61,416 nucleotides of DNA from a virus (taxonomy: Duplodnaviria > Caudoviricetes): positions 1 through 61,416 of IMG/VR virus record IMGVR_UViG_3300047509_000054; one strand, 5' to 3'. Within the stretch, counting starts at the first letter, position 1; each line of letters starts with the position of its first letter. Under the pieces are notes generated by a model, which was not told the DNA's origin, searched no databases, and saw only the letters and a list, made by a program, of their open reading frames with translations. This document shows, piece after piece, positions 46,636-56,847 of this stretch. A program made the position numbers and the translations under genes.

Positions 46636-46665
46636 TTGACGGTGCCGGGGGGTTGTCTGTAACAT
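46636..46665 (+). promoter_or_regulatory. sigma70-like promoter, probably giving a leaderless mRNA
   Basis: TTGACG-N18-TAACAT; ATG 7 nt downstream with no RBS. Confidence 0.6.
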
Positions 46666-46672
46666 CGCGTGT

Positions 46673-46879
46673 ATGACGACCGAACCGAAATACCCTGAAA
46701 TTCACGTCCAACTTTCGGGCGAGGACGGCAATTCGATGTTCATCGTAGGCCGTGCCCGCAGCGCTGCTCGCCAAGCCGGTCTGCCGTCATCCGAACTCGA
46801 CGGCTATTCTCGCGAGGCGATGAGCGGCGATTACGACCACGTTCTGCAAACGACGATGAAATGGTTCTCCACGTCATGA
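46673..46879 (+). CDS. Small phage protein
   Basis: 'L.GEDGN...I.G......A..GDYDH.L' motif common in phages. Confidence 0.75.
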   Translation: MTTEPKYPEIHVQLSGEDGNSMFIVGRARSAARQAGLPSSELDGYSREAMSGDYDHVLQTTMKWFSTS

Positions 46880-48845
46880 GATTCACAACCACGCTCCTGC
46901 TGACCATCGCCGATGTCGAGCGCGAGATACCGATCACGGTCGAGGGAGATTACCAGCGCGCCGAGAGGGCGTTCACGTATCCGGGCGAGTATGCGCCGAC
47001 AGATCCGCCGACGTGCGAGGGTTTTGAACTCAACGCCGTGTATATCGAGCACGGTCCCTATGGCGAAGGGAAGCCGCGCCCGCAGTTCCACATTCTCTCG
47101 CTGTTGAGCGACGAGCAACGCGAAGGCTTGCAGGAACTCGGAATATCGGAGGCTGCGGCGCAGCGGGAGGAGATGGAATACACGCGGCATGAGGCACGCG
47201 AGGAAGCGCGTCAGGAGTGGGCGGACATGCTCGATGAGCGAGACGAATTATGAGCGAACTCACCCACGACGAGCTGCGGACGACGGCGCTCTATCTGCTC
47301 GCCAAAGCGAAGGACAACCACGACACCGAAGATGCGCATTGTGAGGCCGACGCCGCGCTTTGCACGTTGCTGGTAGCGCTCGGGTTTAAAGACGTGGTCG
47401 ACGCATGGGGCGAGATCGACAAGTGGTACGCATGAGACGCCCTTCGCTCCCCGCGCGCCTGCTCTGCGTCTCGATACGAGAAGCGACGCCACAGCGCCCC
47501 GAACCGCGCAGACCCTACTCGCTCGCCGTGGGACTCGTCGCCGCTTTCGCACTCGCTTTTGCGATGATTGGGATGTTCCTTTGATCGATACCGGATATCA
47601 GCACAATGTCACCAAACCATCGTTGTGCTGGGAGTCGGGCACGGAAGACGACGATGGAATGGGCAGAACGTGCATCCTCATGGAAGGCCATCAGGGTCCG
47701 CACGAGTTCACGCGCGACGATGAAATCATGATCACGTTCACCGGAGACAAATCGAAATGAGCCAACCGCCGAAGCCGAATCCGGCAATCGCCGCCATCGT
47801 CTCGGAGATCGAGAAGCATGAGCGCATCCGAGACGATGCAGCCAAGATGGCTGAGGCGCTTCGGCTGCTCAAGCTCAACATTGAGCACGCGGAGTATGCC
47901 GCCACGAAGCAGCTATCCGCCGCACCGAAGCGGGCCGCACCGAACAGCGTCAAGGCGTCGGTGCTGATCGCGATCGGACAGTTATCCGGTCCCGCCTCGG
48001 TCGATACGCTTGAGGCAACCGGACATAGCCGATCGTCAATTAGGGCGGCGCTCAAGTCGCTTATGAAGGCGAAGAAAGTCTCCGAGTGGCCGGACGGGAC
48101 GTGGACGCTCCGCGCCGATGAAGCGAAAGCAGCCGAATGAGCGACTTCGTTTTGCCGAGAACCTATCGCTACGAATATCGGCTGTCGTCTCGCTTTGGTC
48201 ACTGGCGGCATTCGTACTCGCTGATCGGACGATGGGGCGGCTTGGAATTCCATGTGACCGATCTCGGCGAGTCCGCATTGAGTTACACGTCCGAACGTCT
48301 GAGTTCCGGCTTGGAAGTTCATCACCGTGAGCCACCTGAGTACATGGCGTCAGATCCACCATCACATGATGAATGTTGGTTGCTCAAATCACCGTGCTGG
48401 CACGACGGAACCTCGCTTTACGCGCGAGAAACGCTGCTGCCAATGTTCGACGGTGTGAGTCACGAGAAGATGTTCAGCAGGTTGGCGCATGAAGCAGATG
48501 ACCGGTTCGCCGATAGCGCAATGCGTAACAAGGCAGCGGAGTAGGTACATGGACATCGCAGAGGCGCAGGCGGTCCTACAGGCCGAAGCCGACAAACTAA
48601 CCGATGCGTTGCGGCGCAAGGGGTACGTGGACGCTCACTGCGAGATTTGGATCAACCGGAGTGGCACTGGCGAGGCCACGATCTACGTGGCTACGTGGCC
48701 GATCGTACCCGGCAGCAACCCTTATCTGTCGTCGCTGATCCGTGACGCTCGGGCACAGATCATGGAGTTGCCGTTTTCGGATGCGATGGCCTACGCCGAC
48801 GAGTTCAATGGTCCGCTATATCTGATGAGCGAACAGGTACAATGA
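46876..48845 (+). other. Run of small hypothetical ORFs (46876-47253, 47250-47435, 47757-48140, 48137-48544, 48549-48845)
   Basis: Mostly ATGA-coupled ORFs. Confidence 0.6.
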
Positions 48846-48850
48846 TGATC

Positions 48851-49080
48851 CTTGGCGGGGCGGCATCGGATCAGAGTTATGCTCGCGCCTCTGGCTCTGA
48901 TCGCGTAGCCCCGCAGAGGCGCACCCTCGGGGAAACTCGGGGGTGCGACACTCCTACTTTGGGGTTGCGACGATTTGTCACATGGACTCGCGTCGAAATC
49001 GGCCCCCTCATACTCCCCGGTTTAAGAGACAGTAAGAAAGAATGGGAGAACTACCCCGTTCTCCCAAACCCTCTCCTCCC
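48851..49080 (+). other. Structured leader upstream of the ERF gene
   Basis: Stems GCGGGGC/GCCCCGC, GATCAGAG/CTCTGATC, GCACCCTCG/CGGGGGTGC around GGGAAACT, GGGAGAAC/GTTCTCCC. Confidence 0.5.
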
Positions 49081-49097
49081 AAACTTTGGTGATCTTT

Positions 49098-49847
49098 ATG
49101 TCAAAGGCTTCTCAAGAGAAGTCATCGCAAGAGGTCGCGACTGTCGTTCCATCGACTGCGCCGGTCGTCTCGCAGATAATGGAACTCGCCGCGCGCAAGG
49201 ACATCAACCCCGAGATGTTCGACCGCCTCGTCGCGTGGCAGGAGCGCGAGGTCGCGCGGCAGGCGGAGATAGCCTACAACGCCGCCATGAACGCCGCGCA
49301 AGCAGAGATCCAGCCCGTCGCGCGTAAGACCGAGAACAGCCAGACGAAAAGCTTCTATGCCAAGCTTGAGGCGATCGATGCCGAGATCAGGCCGATTTAT
49401 CTGCGCCACGGCTTCTCGCTCGAATACGACACCGTGCCACCGATAGCGCCGGGCCAGATCCGAGTCGCGTGCCGGTGCTCGCATCGTGACGGCCATAGCC
49501 GGATGTTCTACCGCGAGGCTCCGGTCGACATGCTCGGCCCGAAAGGCAGCGCCGTCAAAACCGCGCTGCATGGCGGCGGCTCCACCGAGACGTATCTGCG
49601 GCGCTACCTGACGACGGGCATTTTCAACGTGGTCTTCAAAAAAGATGATGACGGTGTTCTCGGCGGCATGCGCTTCATCACTGCCGAGCAAGTCGCCGAA
49701 CTAGACCGCCTGCTCACTGACAGCAAGAGCGACCGCCTGCGGTTCCTACAGTATTTCGGCATCGCCGCGCTTGAGTCCATGGAAGCCGCTGCGCTGGTCC
49801 CGGCTCGAAATATGCTGATCTCGAAAATGGGTGGTGCGAAGCCATGA
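49098..49847 (+). CDS. erf: ERF-family single-strand annealing protein
   Basis: 'YAKLE.I...IRP....HGF', 'L.H..GH'-like segment, 'GSTETYLRRY', 'DDDG'. Confidence 0.85.
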   Translation: MSKASQEKSSQEVATVVPSTAPVVSQIMELAARKDINPEMFDRLVAWQEREVARQAEIAYNAAMNAAQAEIQPVARKTENSQTKSFYAKLEAIDAEIRPIYLRHGFSLEYDTVPPIAPGQIRVACRCSHRDGHSRMFYREAPVDMLGPKGSAVKTALHGGGSTETYLRRYLTTGIFNVVFKKDDDGVLGGMRFITAEQVAELDRLLTDSKSDRLRFLQYFGIAALESMEAAALVPARNMLISKMGGAKP

Positions 49848-50566
49848 GGATCATCGACGTTCAGCAGGGCACGCCCGAGTTTTTCCGCGCCCGTATGGGT
49901 ATCGTCACGGCGTCCCATGCAGATCAGATCATTACTCCGGTCAAGGCCGAGTTGTCGAATGCGTCACGCAAATACGCTTATAAATTGGTCGCGGAACGGC
50001 TGTTGAACGAGCCGATGACGACAGGCGTCGAGACTGACTGGATGGCGCGTGGGAAGGAACTTGAGCCGCTGGCGGTCAAGCAATTCGAGTGGGTCAATGA
50101 GATTCAGACGGAGCCGGTCGGCTTCATCGTGACGAATGATGGTTTGGTGGGCGCAAGTCCAGATCGCCTCATCAAGGGCCAAAACGCAGGATTGGAGATC
50201 AAGTCTCCGGCGCCTCACACTCACATCGGCTACCTTCTCGACGGCCCAGGAGAGGCTTACCGCCCTCAAGTGATGACACAAATGTACGTGGCAGAATTCG
50301 ATTCCGTCACCTTCTATTCGTACTCTGATCGGATGCCGGCCGCGACGATCCGCACGAACCGCGACGAAATTTACATCGCGAAGCTGAAGGACGCTCTCGA
50401 CCAGTTCAACGCGCAGCTATTCGAGATGCTTGATCGCGCGAAGTCGCTGGGCGTCTTTCAGGCTTTCGATTCCGCTCTGACTCCGACCGACGTGGAGCGC
50501 TCCGAGGAGCTTAACCGCCAGTTCCGCGAGGACTTCGGGTTGAGTTCGTTCGGCGAATCGTCATGA
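49844..50566 (+). CDS. YqaJ / lambda-exonuclease family nuclease
   Basis: 'QGTPE....R.G.VTAS', 'G.ELEP', 'GASPD.L', 'LEIK.P'. Confidence 0.9.
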   Translation: MRIIDVQQGTPEFFRARMGIVTASHADQIITPVKAELSNASRKYAYKLVAERLLNEPMTTGVETDWMARGKELEPLAVKQFEWVNEIQTEPVGFIVTNDGLVGASPDRLIKGQNAGLEIKSPAPHTHIGYLLDGPGEAYRPQVMTQMYVAEFDSVTFYSYSDRMPAATIRTNRDEIYIAKLKDALDQFNAQLFEMLDRAKSLGVFQAFDSALTPTDVERSEELNRQFREDFGLSSFGESS

Positions 50567-50832
50567 CCGACGAAACAGCGCGGGCGCGCGACGCAGAGCG
50601 ACTCGTTATCAAAATCGGATATCTACTCGACGAGGAGAAACCGTTTGAAGCTGCCGCGCTCATTGTCGCGGATCGCCTCGCCGCCGAGGCGCGCGGGCGA
50701 GCGGCGGTGGATAGCGTCCTTCACGACTTCATACGAGCATACGATGAAGGTGTGTTTGGTGATGCAGGATGGCACGACAGGGAGGCTGATATCGTCGCCC
50801 GCATCCGCGCCCTAAAGGACACGCCGCGATGA
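50563..50832 (+). CDS. Hypothetical protein
   Basis: Coupled ORF. Confidence 0.6.
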   Translation: MTDETARARDAERLVIKIGYLLDEEKPFEAAALIVADRLAAEARGRAAVDSVLHDFIRAYDEGVFGDAGWHDREADIVARIRALKDTPR

Positions 50833-50977
50833 CCGAAAGTAACGAGTTCGGCGACTGGTGGTCCGATGCGATGAAGGAGCGAGCCGTGGCTGATTACTTG
50901 CTTGCTATAGGGCCACTGGCGTTTCTTGTCGCCGTCATTATTGGCGTGGTGTTTTACATCGTGGACGGGGGATCGCA

Positions 50978-51472
50978 ATGACCGAGATCGACCAAGCGTT
51001 GGCGCGCATTTCGTCGGGTGGCCCCATCAATAGATGGATTGGCAGAGGTCGATCAATTGACTGGTTTGCCGATTATGTTATGCCAGAGCCGAATAGCGGA
51101 TGTTGGTTCTGGACCGGCCATATCGATGACCTTGGGTATGGCAACGTGATGATCTACGGCAAAAGAAAACGCGCCCATAGATTAATGTGGGAGGTGTCTG
51201 GTCGAACGGTATCGCCTGGATTGGTTTTAGATCACAAATGCAACGTGCGATCATGCTGTAACCCTGATCATCTTCAGGCTGTGACCCATCGTGTAAATAT
51301 CCTGCGGGGAACATCGCCATCTGCGCGACACGCCGGGAAAACTCATTGCGCGAACGGCCACGAATTCACGCCGGAAAACACGTACATTAACAAGACAGCT
51401 AGAGTCTGCCGTGCGTGTGGTCGGGCTAGTTTTCTACGGAACAAGGCAAGGCGAAAGGCGATTCCTCGATGA
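50978..51472 (+). CDS. HNH endonuclease
   Basis: 'PEPNSGCWFWTG', 'AHR', 'LDHKCNVRSCCNPDHL...N'. Confidence 0.9.
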   Translation: MTEIDQALARISSGGPINRWIGRGRSIDWFADYVMPEPNSGCWFWTGHIDDLGYGNVMIYGKRKRAHRLMWEVSGRTVSPGLVLDHKCNVRSCCNPDHLQAVTHRVNILRGTSPSARHAGKTHCANGHEFTPENTYINKTARVCRACGRASFLRNKARRKAIPR

Positions 51473-52419
51473 CCATTGATGATGCGACCGTCGAGCGCAC
51501 AGCCGCCGCTGTTTTCGATGTGTGGGATAGGCCGGACAGCAAAGCAGAGGACATCGCCCTCGCCGTGCTCGCCGCCAGCGGATGGGGCGAGGAACGCGAT
51601 GACGCTCGTAGCATTGTTACGAAGCTAGAACGCGAACTATATGCCGCCGAGCAGCGCGTTGGGCGGCTGGATGCGATCATTCGTGATGTAGTCACGAGCG
51701 ATGTCATCGCGCGAGCGCAACGGGCAACGGAAAATGGCGAAGAGCGTGTCCCGTGCTTCTTTTCGATCGACTGGATAGGTCGCTGCATTGCTGCCCTCTC
51801 CGCGCCCCCTGCGCCGGCGCCCTCTTTCCAGGCGAGGGTCCAGCCTTGGATGATGGAGTGCTTCGGCGAAGAGATCAGCGCCGATATTTCAGAGCGGTGT
51901 CATCGTCTCTACGAAGAGGTCGGCGAGACGGTCCAGGCGCTTGGAATGACCCGCAGCGAGGCGCACCAACTTGTTGACTACACCTGGGATCGCGAAGCAG
52001 GCAAGCCGGCACAAGAGATCGGTGGCGTCATGGTGACGCTGGCCGCGCTCTGTCTAGCCGCCGGCCTCGACATGCACGAATGCGGCGAGGTCGAACTAGT
52101 GCGCGCGTGGGGAAAGATAGAGACGATCCGCGCGAAGCAAGCGGCCAAGCCGAAGCACTCACCGCTGCCTGCGCCGGCTCCCGAGCGCGACGGGTGGCGG
52201 CCAACGCCATCCCCAGGCTTTGATCACTCGCTACCGAACGATGCGCCAACGCCGGTTGACCCGCCCTATCGCATCACCTGTCAGGACGAGAACGCTATTG
52301 TTGTAGAGTGGCTGGAAGGTGAGATGAAGGGCAAGACGGCGCGATTCATTCTGACGCCGCCGTCAGCCGCGTATTTCAACGAGCCCCTCTCTACCCCGCC
52401 GCGCGAGACGACGACATGA
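51469..52419 (+). CDS. Multidomain protein with MazG-like NTP pyrophosphatase domain
   Basis: 'ERCHRLYEEVGE...QEIGGVMVTLAALC'. Confidence 0.6.
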   Translation: MTIDDATVERTAAAVFDVWDRPDSKAEDIALAVLAASGWGEERDDARSIVTKLERELYAAEQRVGRLDAIIRDVVTSDVIARAQRATENGEERVPCFFSIDWIGRCIAALSAPPAPAPSFQARVQPWMMECFGEEISADISERCHRLYEEVGETVQALGMTRSEAHQLVDYTWDREAGKPAQEIGGVMVTLAALCLAAGLDMHECGEVELVRAWGKIETIRAKQAAKPKHSPLPAPAPERDGWRPTPSPGFDHSLPNDAPTPVDPPYRITCQDENAIVVEWLEGEMKGKTARFILTPPSAAYFNEPLSTPPRETTT

Positions 52420-53244
52420 GACAAACCGGACGCGCCGGATGCTTGCATGGATTGCACCCGAATATACGTCACTCCATGCGGGTGTTCGATAAACTGCCGA
52501 GACCTATACGCGATGCGATCAATCGAGCCGATTACGAGGTCTGCATCATTTGCGTTCGCGACCTGATGCGCGATCCTTGGATGCCGAAGCCGGTGGCGAT
52601 GCTAGAAAATGAGATACGGCGACGCGAGACGCCGACATGACGCTGCAAGAGAGGTTGCGTGGTGATCGCGGTGCCGGACAAGTCCATTGGGACGATTGCC
52701 GCGAAGCCGCCGACGAGATCGACCGATTGCGCGCGGCGTTGGAGAACATCATTTTGAGATTTGAGAGCTGCCTCCAATATGCCGGATCATCCGAAGAATA
52801 CGTAAAACTTGCGACATCGGATGCTCGCGCCGCCCTATCCGCCGGGACCGCCTCGCGCGCGGAGAAGGCGCTATGAAGGTCATAGACACAGACCGATCGG
52901 AACATGGTCCGCAAAGGCGCAAAGACGCACGCGGTCGGCATCTTCATAGCTGCTGCGTTTGCGGGCATCTAAGTCATTGGACGGAGAGTTGGTCCTGGTA
53001 CGGAAGTTTCAAAGATTTGGACGATTCAGAGGCGCTGGCTAAGTTCTGCTCGCCATCATGCGCAGATACAGCCGGCGCCGATTGCGACCTCATAACGAAC
53101 GAGATGCGGGAACGTGCCAGAAATGCCGAATGGCGCGAGCCTGAGTTGGCATATCGAGAGGCTACAGATAGAGAAAAGTACCAAAACGCAAAGGCAGACC
53201 AAAAACGCCGTGCATTGCGCGCGGAGAAGGCGCCGCAGGGATGA
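52416..53244 (+). other. Three small hypothetical ORFs (52416-52640, 52637-52876, Cys-rich 52873-53244)
   Basis: ATGA-coupled; the last has CCVC and FCS..C. Confidence 0.6.
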
Positions 53245-53248
53245 GCGG

Positions 53249-53407
53249 CTAGATCCTGCCAGAGAGCGCCATCACGACGAGAATGATGATCACGATGCCG
53301 ACGATCCCAATCCCACCGCCATAGGCCGGACCCCAGTTCTGGTGAGCGAAGAAGCCACCACCGCCGAAGACGACAAGCAAGATCAAGACGATAACAAGCA
53401 AAGACAT
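53249..53407 (-). CDS. Small two-helix membrane protein (DUF3309-like)
   Basis: MSLLVIVLILLVVFGGGG...YGGGIGIVG..; AGGAG RBS. Confidence 0.65.
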   Translation of the reverse strand: MSLLVIVLILLVVFGGGGFFAHQNWGPAYGGGIGIVGIVIIILVVMALSGRI

Positions 53408-53416
53408 GGCGCGCTC

Positions 53417-53668
53417 CTATGGCCGGCGAAGGTGGAGTGGCCCGCCGCCAGCGCCCAAAAGACACGAAACTAAATCGAATATGATTACGATCACGAATAT
53501 TGCGATGATGGCACCGATTACTATGTTGATAGCCCTCATGAGGATATCGCCGCCGACCCCGAACATCCCGAGAACCCACGGCAGTAGCAGGCGCAGGAGG
53601 GCGACGATGCACCCCACGACCACCAGCCATATGAGGAGGTTTTCGATGAAGGCCAAATCGAAACACAT
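53417..53668 (-). CDS. Small membrane protein
   Basis: Two TM helices; GGAG RBS. Confidence 0.7.
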   Translation of the reverse strand: MCFDLAFIENLLIWLVVVGCIVALLRLLLPWVLGMFGVGGDILMRAINIVIGAIIAIFVIVIIFDLVSCLLGAGGGPLHLRRP

Positions 53669-53718
53669 GGTTCGTCTCCCGGTTCCCCAATAGGTGAACG
53701 CTTCAATCTAGGGTTTAC

Positions 53719-54261
53719 TTACCGATGCCCTTTCAGGTTGGTCACGTCGTTGCGCAGGTTGTTGATCTCGATGGTCGTCTTGAGTCCTTCCGTCCGCTGC
53801 GACTGCTCGAACGCCTTCTGCTCGCCCTGAACGTCCTGAATCCACAGGGTATTCGCCTTGGTTCTGACATCGATCGCCTCGATATCGCTCTTGTTCTTCT
53901 CGGTGGCCTTTTCGGTCGCGTTGGTCGATGCCACGTGCTCAGCAAACTTGCGGTCGAAATAGAAAAATGCCGTGCCAACAGCGCTGAGTATCGCAATGAC
54001 GACGGTGAGCGCCAGCGCACCCCAGATACGGATTTCCGTTGCCACCTTGTCCCGGCGCTCAAGTTCACCGCGCAGCCTCGCGTTCTCGGCTCGCCGGTCG
54101 CTCTCGTTGAGCGTCGCTTCAAGGAGGCCATCTCGAATGGTTTGCTTGCTGATCTCAGCTTCGACGCGATGGCGGTGTTCATCACTCACGGTGGCCTGAT
54201 TATAGCCGGCTTCTTCCTGGGCTTCGGCTTGGGCAAAAGGGGTGTCGGCACCTGATTGCAT
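53719..54261 (-). CDS. Single-TM coiled-coil protein
   Basis: One TM helix flanked by coiled coils; start uncertain. Confidence 0.6.
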   Translation of the reverse strand: MQSGADTPFAQAEAQEEAGYNQATVSDEHRHRVEAEISKQTIRDGLLEATLNESDRRAENARLRGELERRDKVATEIRIWGALALTVVIAILSAVGTAFFYFDRKFAEHVASTNATEKATEKNKSDIEAIDVRTKANTLWIQDVQGEQKAFEQSQRTEGLKTTIEINNLRNDVTNLKGHR

Positions 54262-54611
54262 TCTGCACTCAGGACGTTGGCGGCGTGGGGCTTCCCGGTC
54301 TCGGGGTCAACGAGGTCGGTGTGTTCGAGCGCCGCAGCCTTGGCGGTTTCGCACTCGGCGAGAGTCATCCGACGAGAGGGGCTGACGGTTCCGCCGACCG
54401 TGTAGGTCTGAAGCATGGTGTTGGCGGCGGGTCCGGCCGGCGGTGTTGTCGAGGTCATGGTCTGCGAGACGCTGACTTGCGGGGAGGCCCCGGGCGCTGC
54501 GGTCGAGATCGTCGCCGTGGTATCGGGCGGCAAGGCGACGGTCGGTGCCACGGCGGGACAGGCGACAGGAGCGCATCCAGCAAGCAGCAGGAGAACGAGG
54601 GTGCGTTTCAT
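54186..54611 (-). CDS. Predicted lipoprotein
   Basis: MKRTLVLLLLAG-C lipobox. Confidence 0.65.
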   Translation of the reverse strand: MKRTLVLLLLAGCAPVACPAVAPTVALPPDTTATISTAAPGASPQVSVSQTMTSTTPPAGPAANTMLQTYTVGGTVSPSRRMTLAECETAKAAALEHTDLVDPETGKPHAANVLSAECNQVPTPLLPKPKPRKKPAIIRPP

Positions 54612-54811
54612 TTCTCGTAGAACAATCGATACGGCATTTCGAACTCTTGGCTCAGGTTGGCCGAGAGTTTGCGCGCGTGCTTGACGGGGATTTTGTCGGC
54701 GGCGATGTAGCCGTAGATGGTGGCTTCGTCGAGGCCGAGAAGCTTCGCCATTTGCCGGACGCCGCCGAAGGCATGGGCCAGTTCCGACACGGTGTCGATC
54801 GGCTTGCTCAC
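54608..54811 (-). CDS. Cro-like HTH protein
   Basis: 'AFGGVRQMAKLLGL....IY.Y....KIP'. Confidence 0.65.
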   Translation of the reverse strand: MSKPIDTVSELAHAFGGVRQMAKLLGLDEATIYGYIAADKIPVKHARKLSANLSQEFEMPYRLFYEK

Positions 54812-55063
54812 TCGGTCTTCCCCGTCATGTTGAGCCGCGCCCGCAGCGCATCTAACTCCGCCTCGGTCTTGCCATGCGAGAAAAGCTCGATGCCGAAGCA
54901 GACCGACACGGCGATCAGCCCCACCACGGCGAGAAGAAACATCCACAGCGGCACGCACGCGCTCATCGTCCAGTCCTGTCAATGTGCAGAGTCAGCAGAT
55001 TTACGAGTCCTGCCACCACCAGCCCCATGCCGAAGCCCATCAGGAAACTGCCCCAATCAATAG

Positions 55064-55603
55064 TCATCGGGCGGTCCTGTCGATCGCTTTGCGGAGAGTC
55101 CTTTTACGCGCATTCATTTTGCGGCCTCGCGCCGCGCGACACGCTCTGCATTGTCGGTTAGTGCCGGTAACGTTCGCCTGCGGCGGAAAATATGTATTGG
55201 CTTCGTCGTAAATGTGCCCCTGCGGGCAATGTGTCTTCCCCGCGTAATGATGAACCCCGTGAACGACGCTATCGTTGACGTTATCTGACCGGGTTCCGTA
55301 CCGTAAATTCACGAATGCTGGATTTTCTTTGTTTCCATCAACGTGTCGAATCTCAGTTCCGCTTGGCCTCGGCCCCGCAAACGCCAACATCACGAGTTTA
55401 TGAACGCGGATTCTGTACTCGCGGTTGCCCTTGAATATGCGCGCGACTCGATATCCCCTGGTATCCAGGGTATGCGCAAGCTGTCCGCCGGCAACTCCCT
55501 TTCTTCGCAAAGTATAAATCTCGCCAAAGGCATTGATCTTGTAGTTGTCGAAACCAGGGATGGGGCGCCACTCTTCCGGTGTGCTAGACACGTCGTCAAC
55601 CAT
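55064..55603 (-). CDS. NUMOD4-HNH endonuclease
   Basis: 'EEWRPIPGF..Y.I...G', 'VHKLV..AF.G', 'RHVDGNK.N....NL.Y.T.S.N'. Confidence 0.9.
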   Translation of the reverse strand: MVDDVSSTPEEWRPIPGFDNYKINAFGEIYTLRRKGVAGGQLAHTLDTRGYRVARIFKGNREYRIRVHKLVMLAFAGPRPSGTEIRHVDGNKENPAFVNLRYGTRSDNVNDSVVHGVHHYAGKTHCPQGHIYDEANTYFPPQANVTGTNRQCRACRAARGRKMNARKRTLRKAIDRTAR

Positions 55604-55689
55604 GATCGCTTCTCCTAAAAGCGGTGGTGGCCAGAGCCGGGAGAGCGCTTCCAACGCCCTCTCGGCTCGTTGTATTTTACACATATTTT

Positions 55690-55917
55690 TCATTTCGTTC
55701 GAGAAATCGCTCGCCTTAACGCCGCATCCTTGACGCCCTTCACGAGCAGATCGGCAGATTGCTCAGGCTTCTGCATCGAGGTCTTTCCGGCTCTCTCGTC
55801 GGCAGCCTTGCCCTGCTTCATCTTGAACGCCTCGACGTGGCGTTCCTCGCAGTCGGTGCGGGAAATCCAGGTGAGGCCCACGGGGGCGATGCGACAGTGC
55901 GGGCAGAGAACGGTCAT
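55690..55917 (-). CDS. Hypothetical protein
   Basis: Coupled ORF with CPHC. Confidence 0.5.
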   Translation of the reverse strand: MTVLCPHCRIAPVGLTWISRTDCEERHVEAFKMKQGKAADERAGKTSMQKPEQSADLLVKGVKDAALRRAISRTK

Positions 55918-56111
55918 GCCTTGGCGTCAGCCTGCAACGTCGAATGTGCGAGTTCGAGAAAATCGTCGATTTGCGCCTGCTGCTCAGGTGTCGGCGCAGC
56001 CCCGGAGTTGATGAGGCCGATCGTGGTCTCGACGGCGGCGACGACAGCGGGCAGTTTCGGAGCGAGCGAGAGCAGGCCTTCGATGACCGAGATGATGAGC
56101 GCGGGGTTCAT
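55914..56111 (-). CDS. Small lysis-cassette protein
   Basis: AAAGGAG RBS; follows the lipoprotein. Confidence 0.65.
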   Translation of the reverse strand: MNPALIISVIEGLLSLAPKLPAVVAAVETTIGLINSGAAPTPEQQAQIDDFLELAHSTLQADAKA

Positions 56112-56473
56112 GGCGTGGCTCCTTTCGCTGGGGCCGGCATGTACTGCGTAACGAGGCTCTGGAATGCGACCAGCGCGGCTTGCGCTGCGGTGAGGTCCAC
56201 GGTCTGCCCGGCGGCGGCGCTTGCCGCAGCGGACTTGATGGCGTCGTAGGCGACTTGGTCCGCCTTGGCGATCTGGAGCACGGCGGCCGGATTTCGGCAT
56301 GGCGATACCGCTGGGGTACCGCAGTTTGGCATCTTGACATAGATATCGGCTAGCGTTTCGGCAGTCGCGAGGCCGACCTTGAGGGTGTCGACGGTGGTGA
56401 TCTGGCTTGTCGATGAGCAGCCGGAGAAGCCGGCGAGCAGGAGGAGGATGGGGACGGCGAGGAGGCGTTTCAT
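56108..56473 (-). CDS. Lipoprotein, possible spanin component
   Basis: MKRLLAVPILLLLAGFSG-C lipobox after holin and endolysin. Confidence 0.65.
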   Translation of the reverse strand: MKRLLAVPILLLLAGFSGCSSTSQITTVDTLKVGLATAETLADIYVKMPNCGTPAVSPCRNPAAVLQIAKADQVAYDAIKSAAASAAAGQTVDLTAAQAALVAFQSLVTQYMPAPAKGATP

Positions 56474-56847
56474 GGGGATGGTCCCTTGGTTGTCGCCAGT
56501 TGGCTGATTGTCGCATCCTTGGTTTTGCTCCCAGCCGTTGAGCCGAACCAATAGGACATAGCCGTGACCCAGGCTGTGGCGATGGAGCCGGTCAGGGTAT
56601 TGGCGACGTTGAGATTCCCAGGCGGGATCTCGTGGAACAGCATCACCGCGACATCGCCGAAGAAGCCGCAAGTCACGAGCAGCATCAGGACCAGCGGGGC
56701 GTTGTCGCGCCAGTCCGCGCTCTTGGTGATCGTCGTCGCCGTCGCTGGCGCGGTCTGCACGACCGTAGTGTCGCCGGCCGGATTGAGTGGAGCGGCTGGC
56801 GGGTCTATCGGCTTGCCGGTGAGCAGACTGATATTGTTGTCAGTCAT
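56470..56847 (-). CDS. Holin (putative)
   Basis: Two TM helices, 'YWFGS..GSK.KD', next to the endolysin. Confidence 0.7.
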   Translation of the reverse strand: MTDNNISLLTGKPIDPPAAPLNPAGDTTVVQTAPATATTITKSADWRDNAPLVLMLLVTCGFFGDVAVMLFHEIPPGNLNVANTLTGSIATAWVTAMSYWFGSTAGSKTKDATISQLATTKGPSP

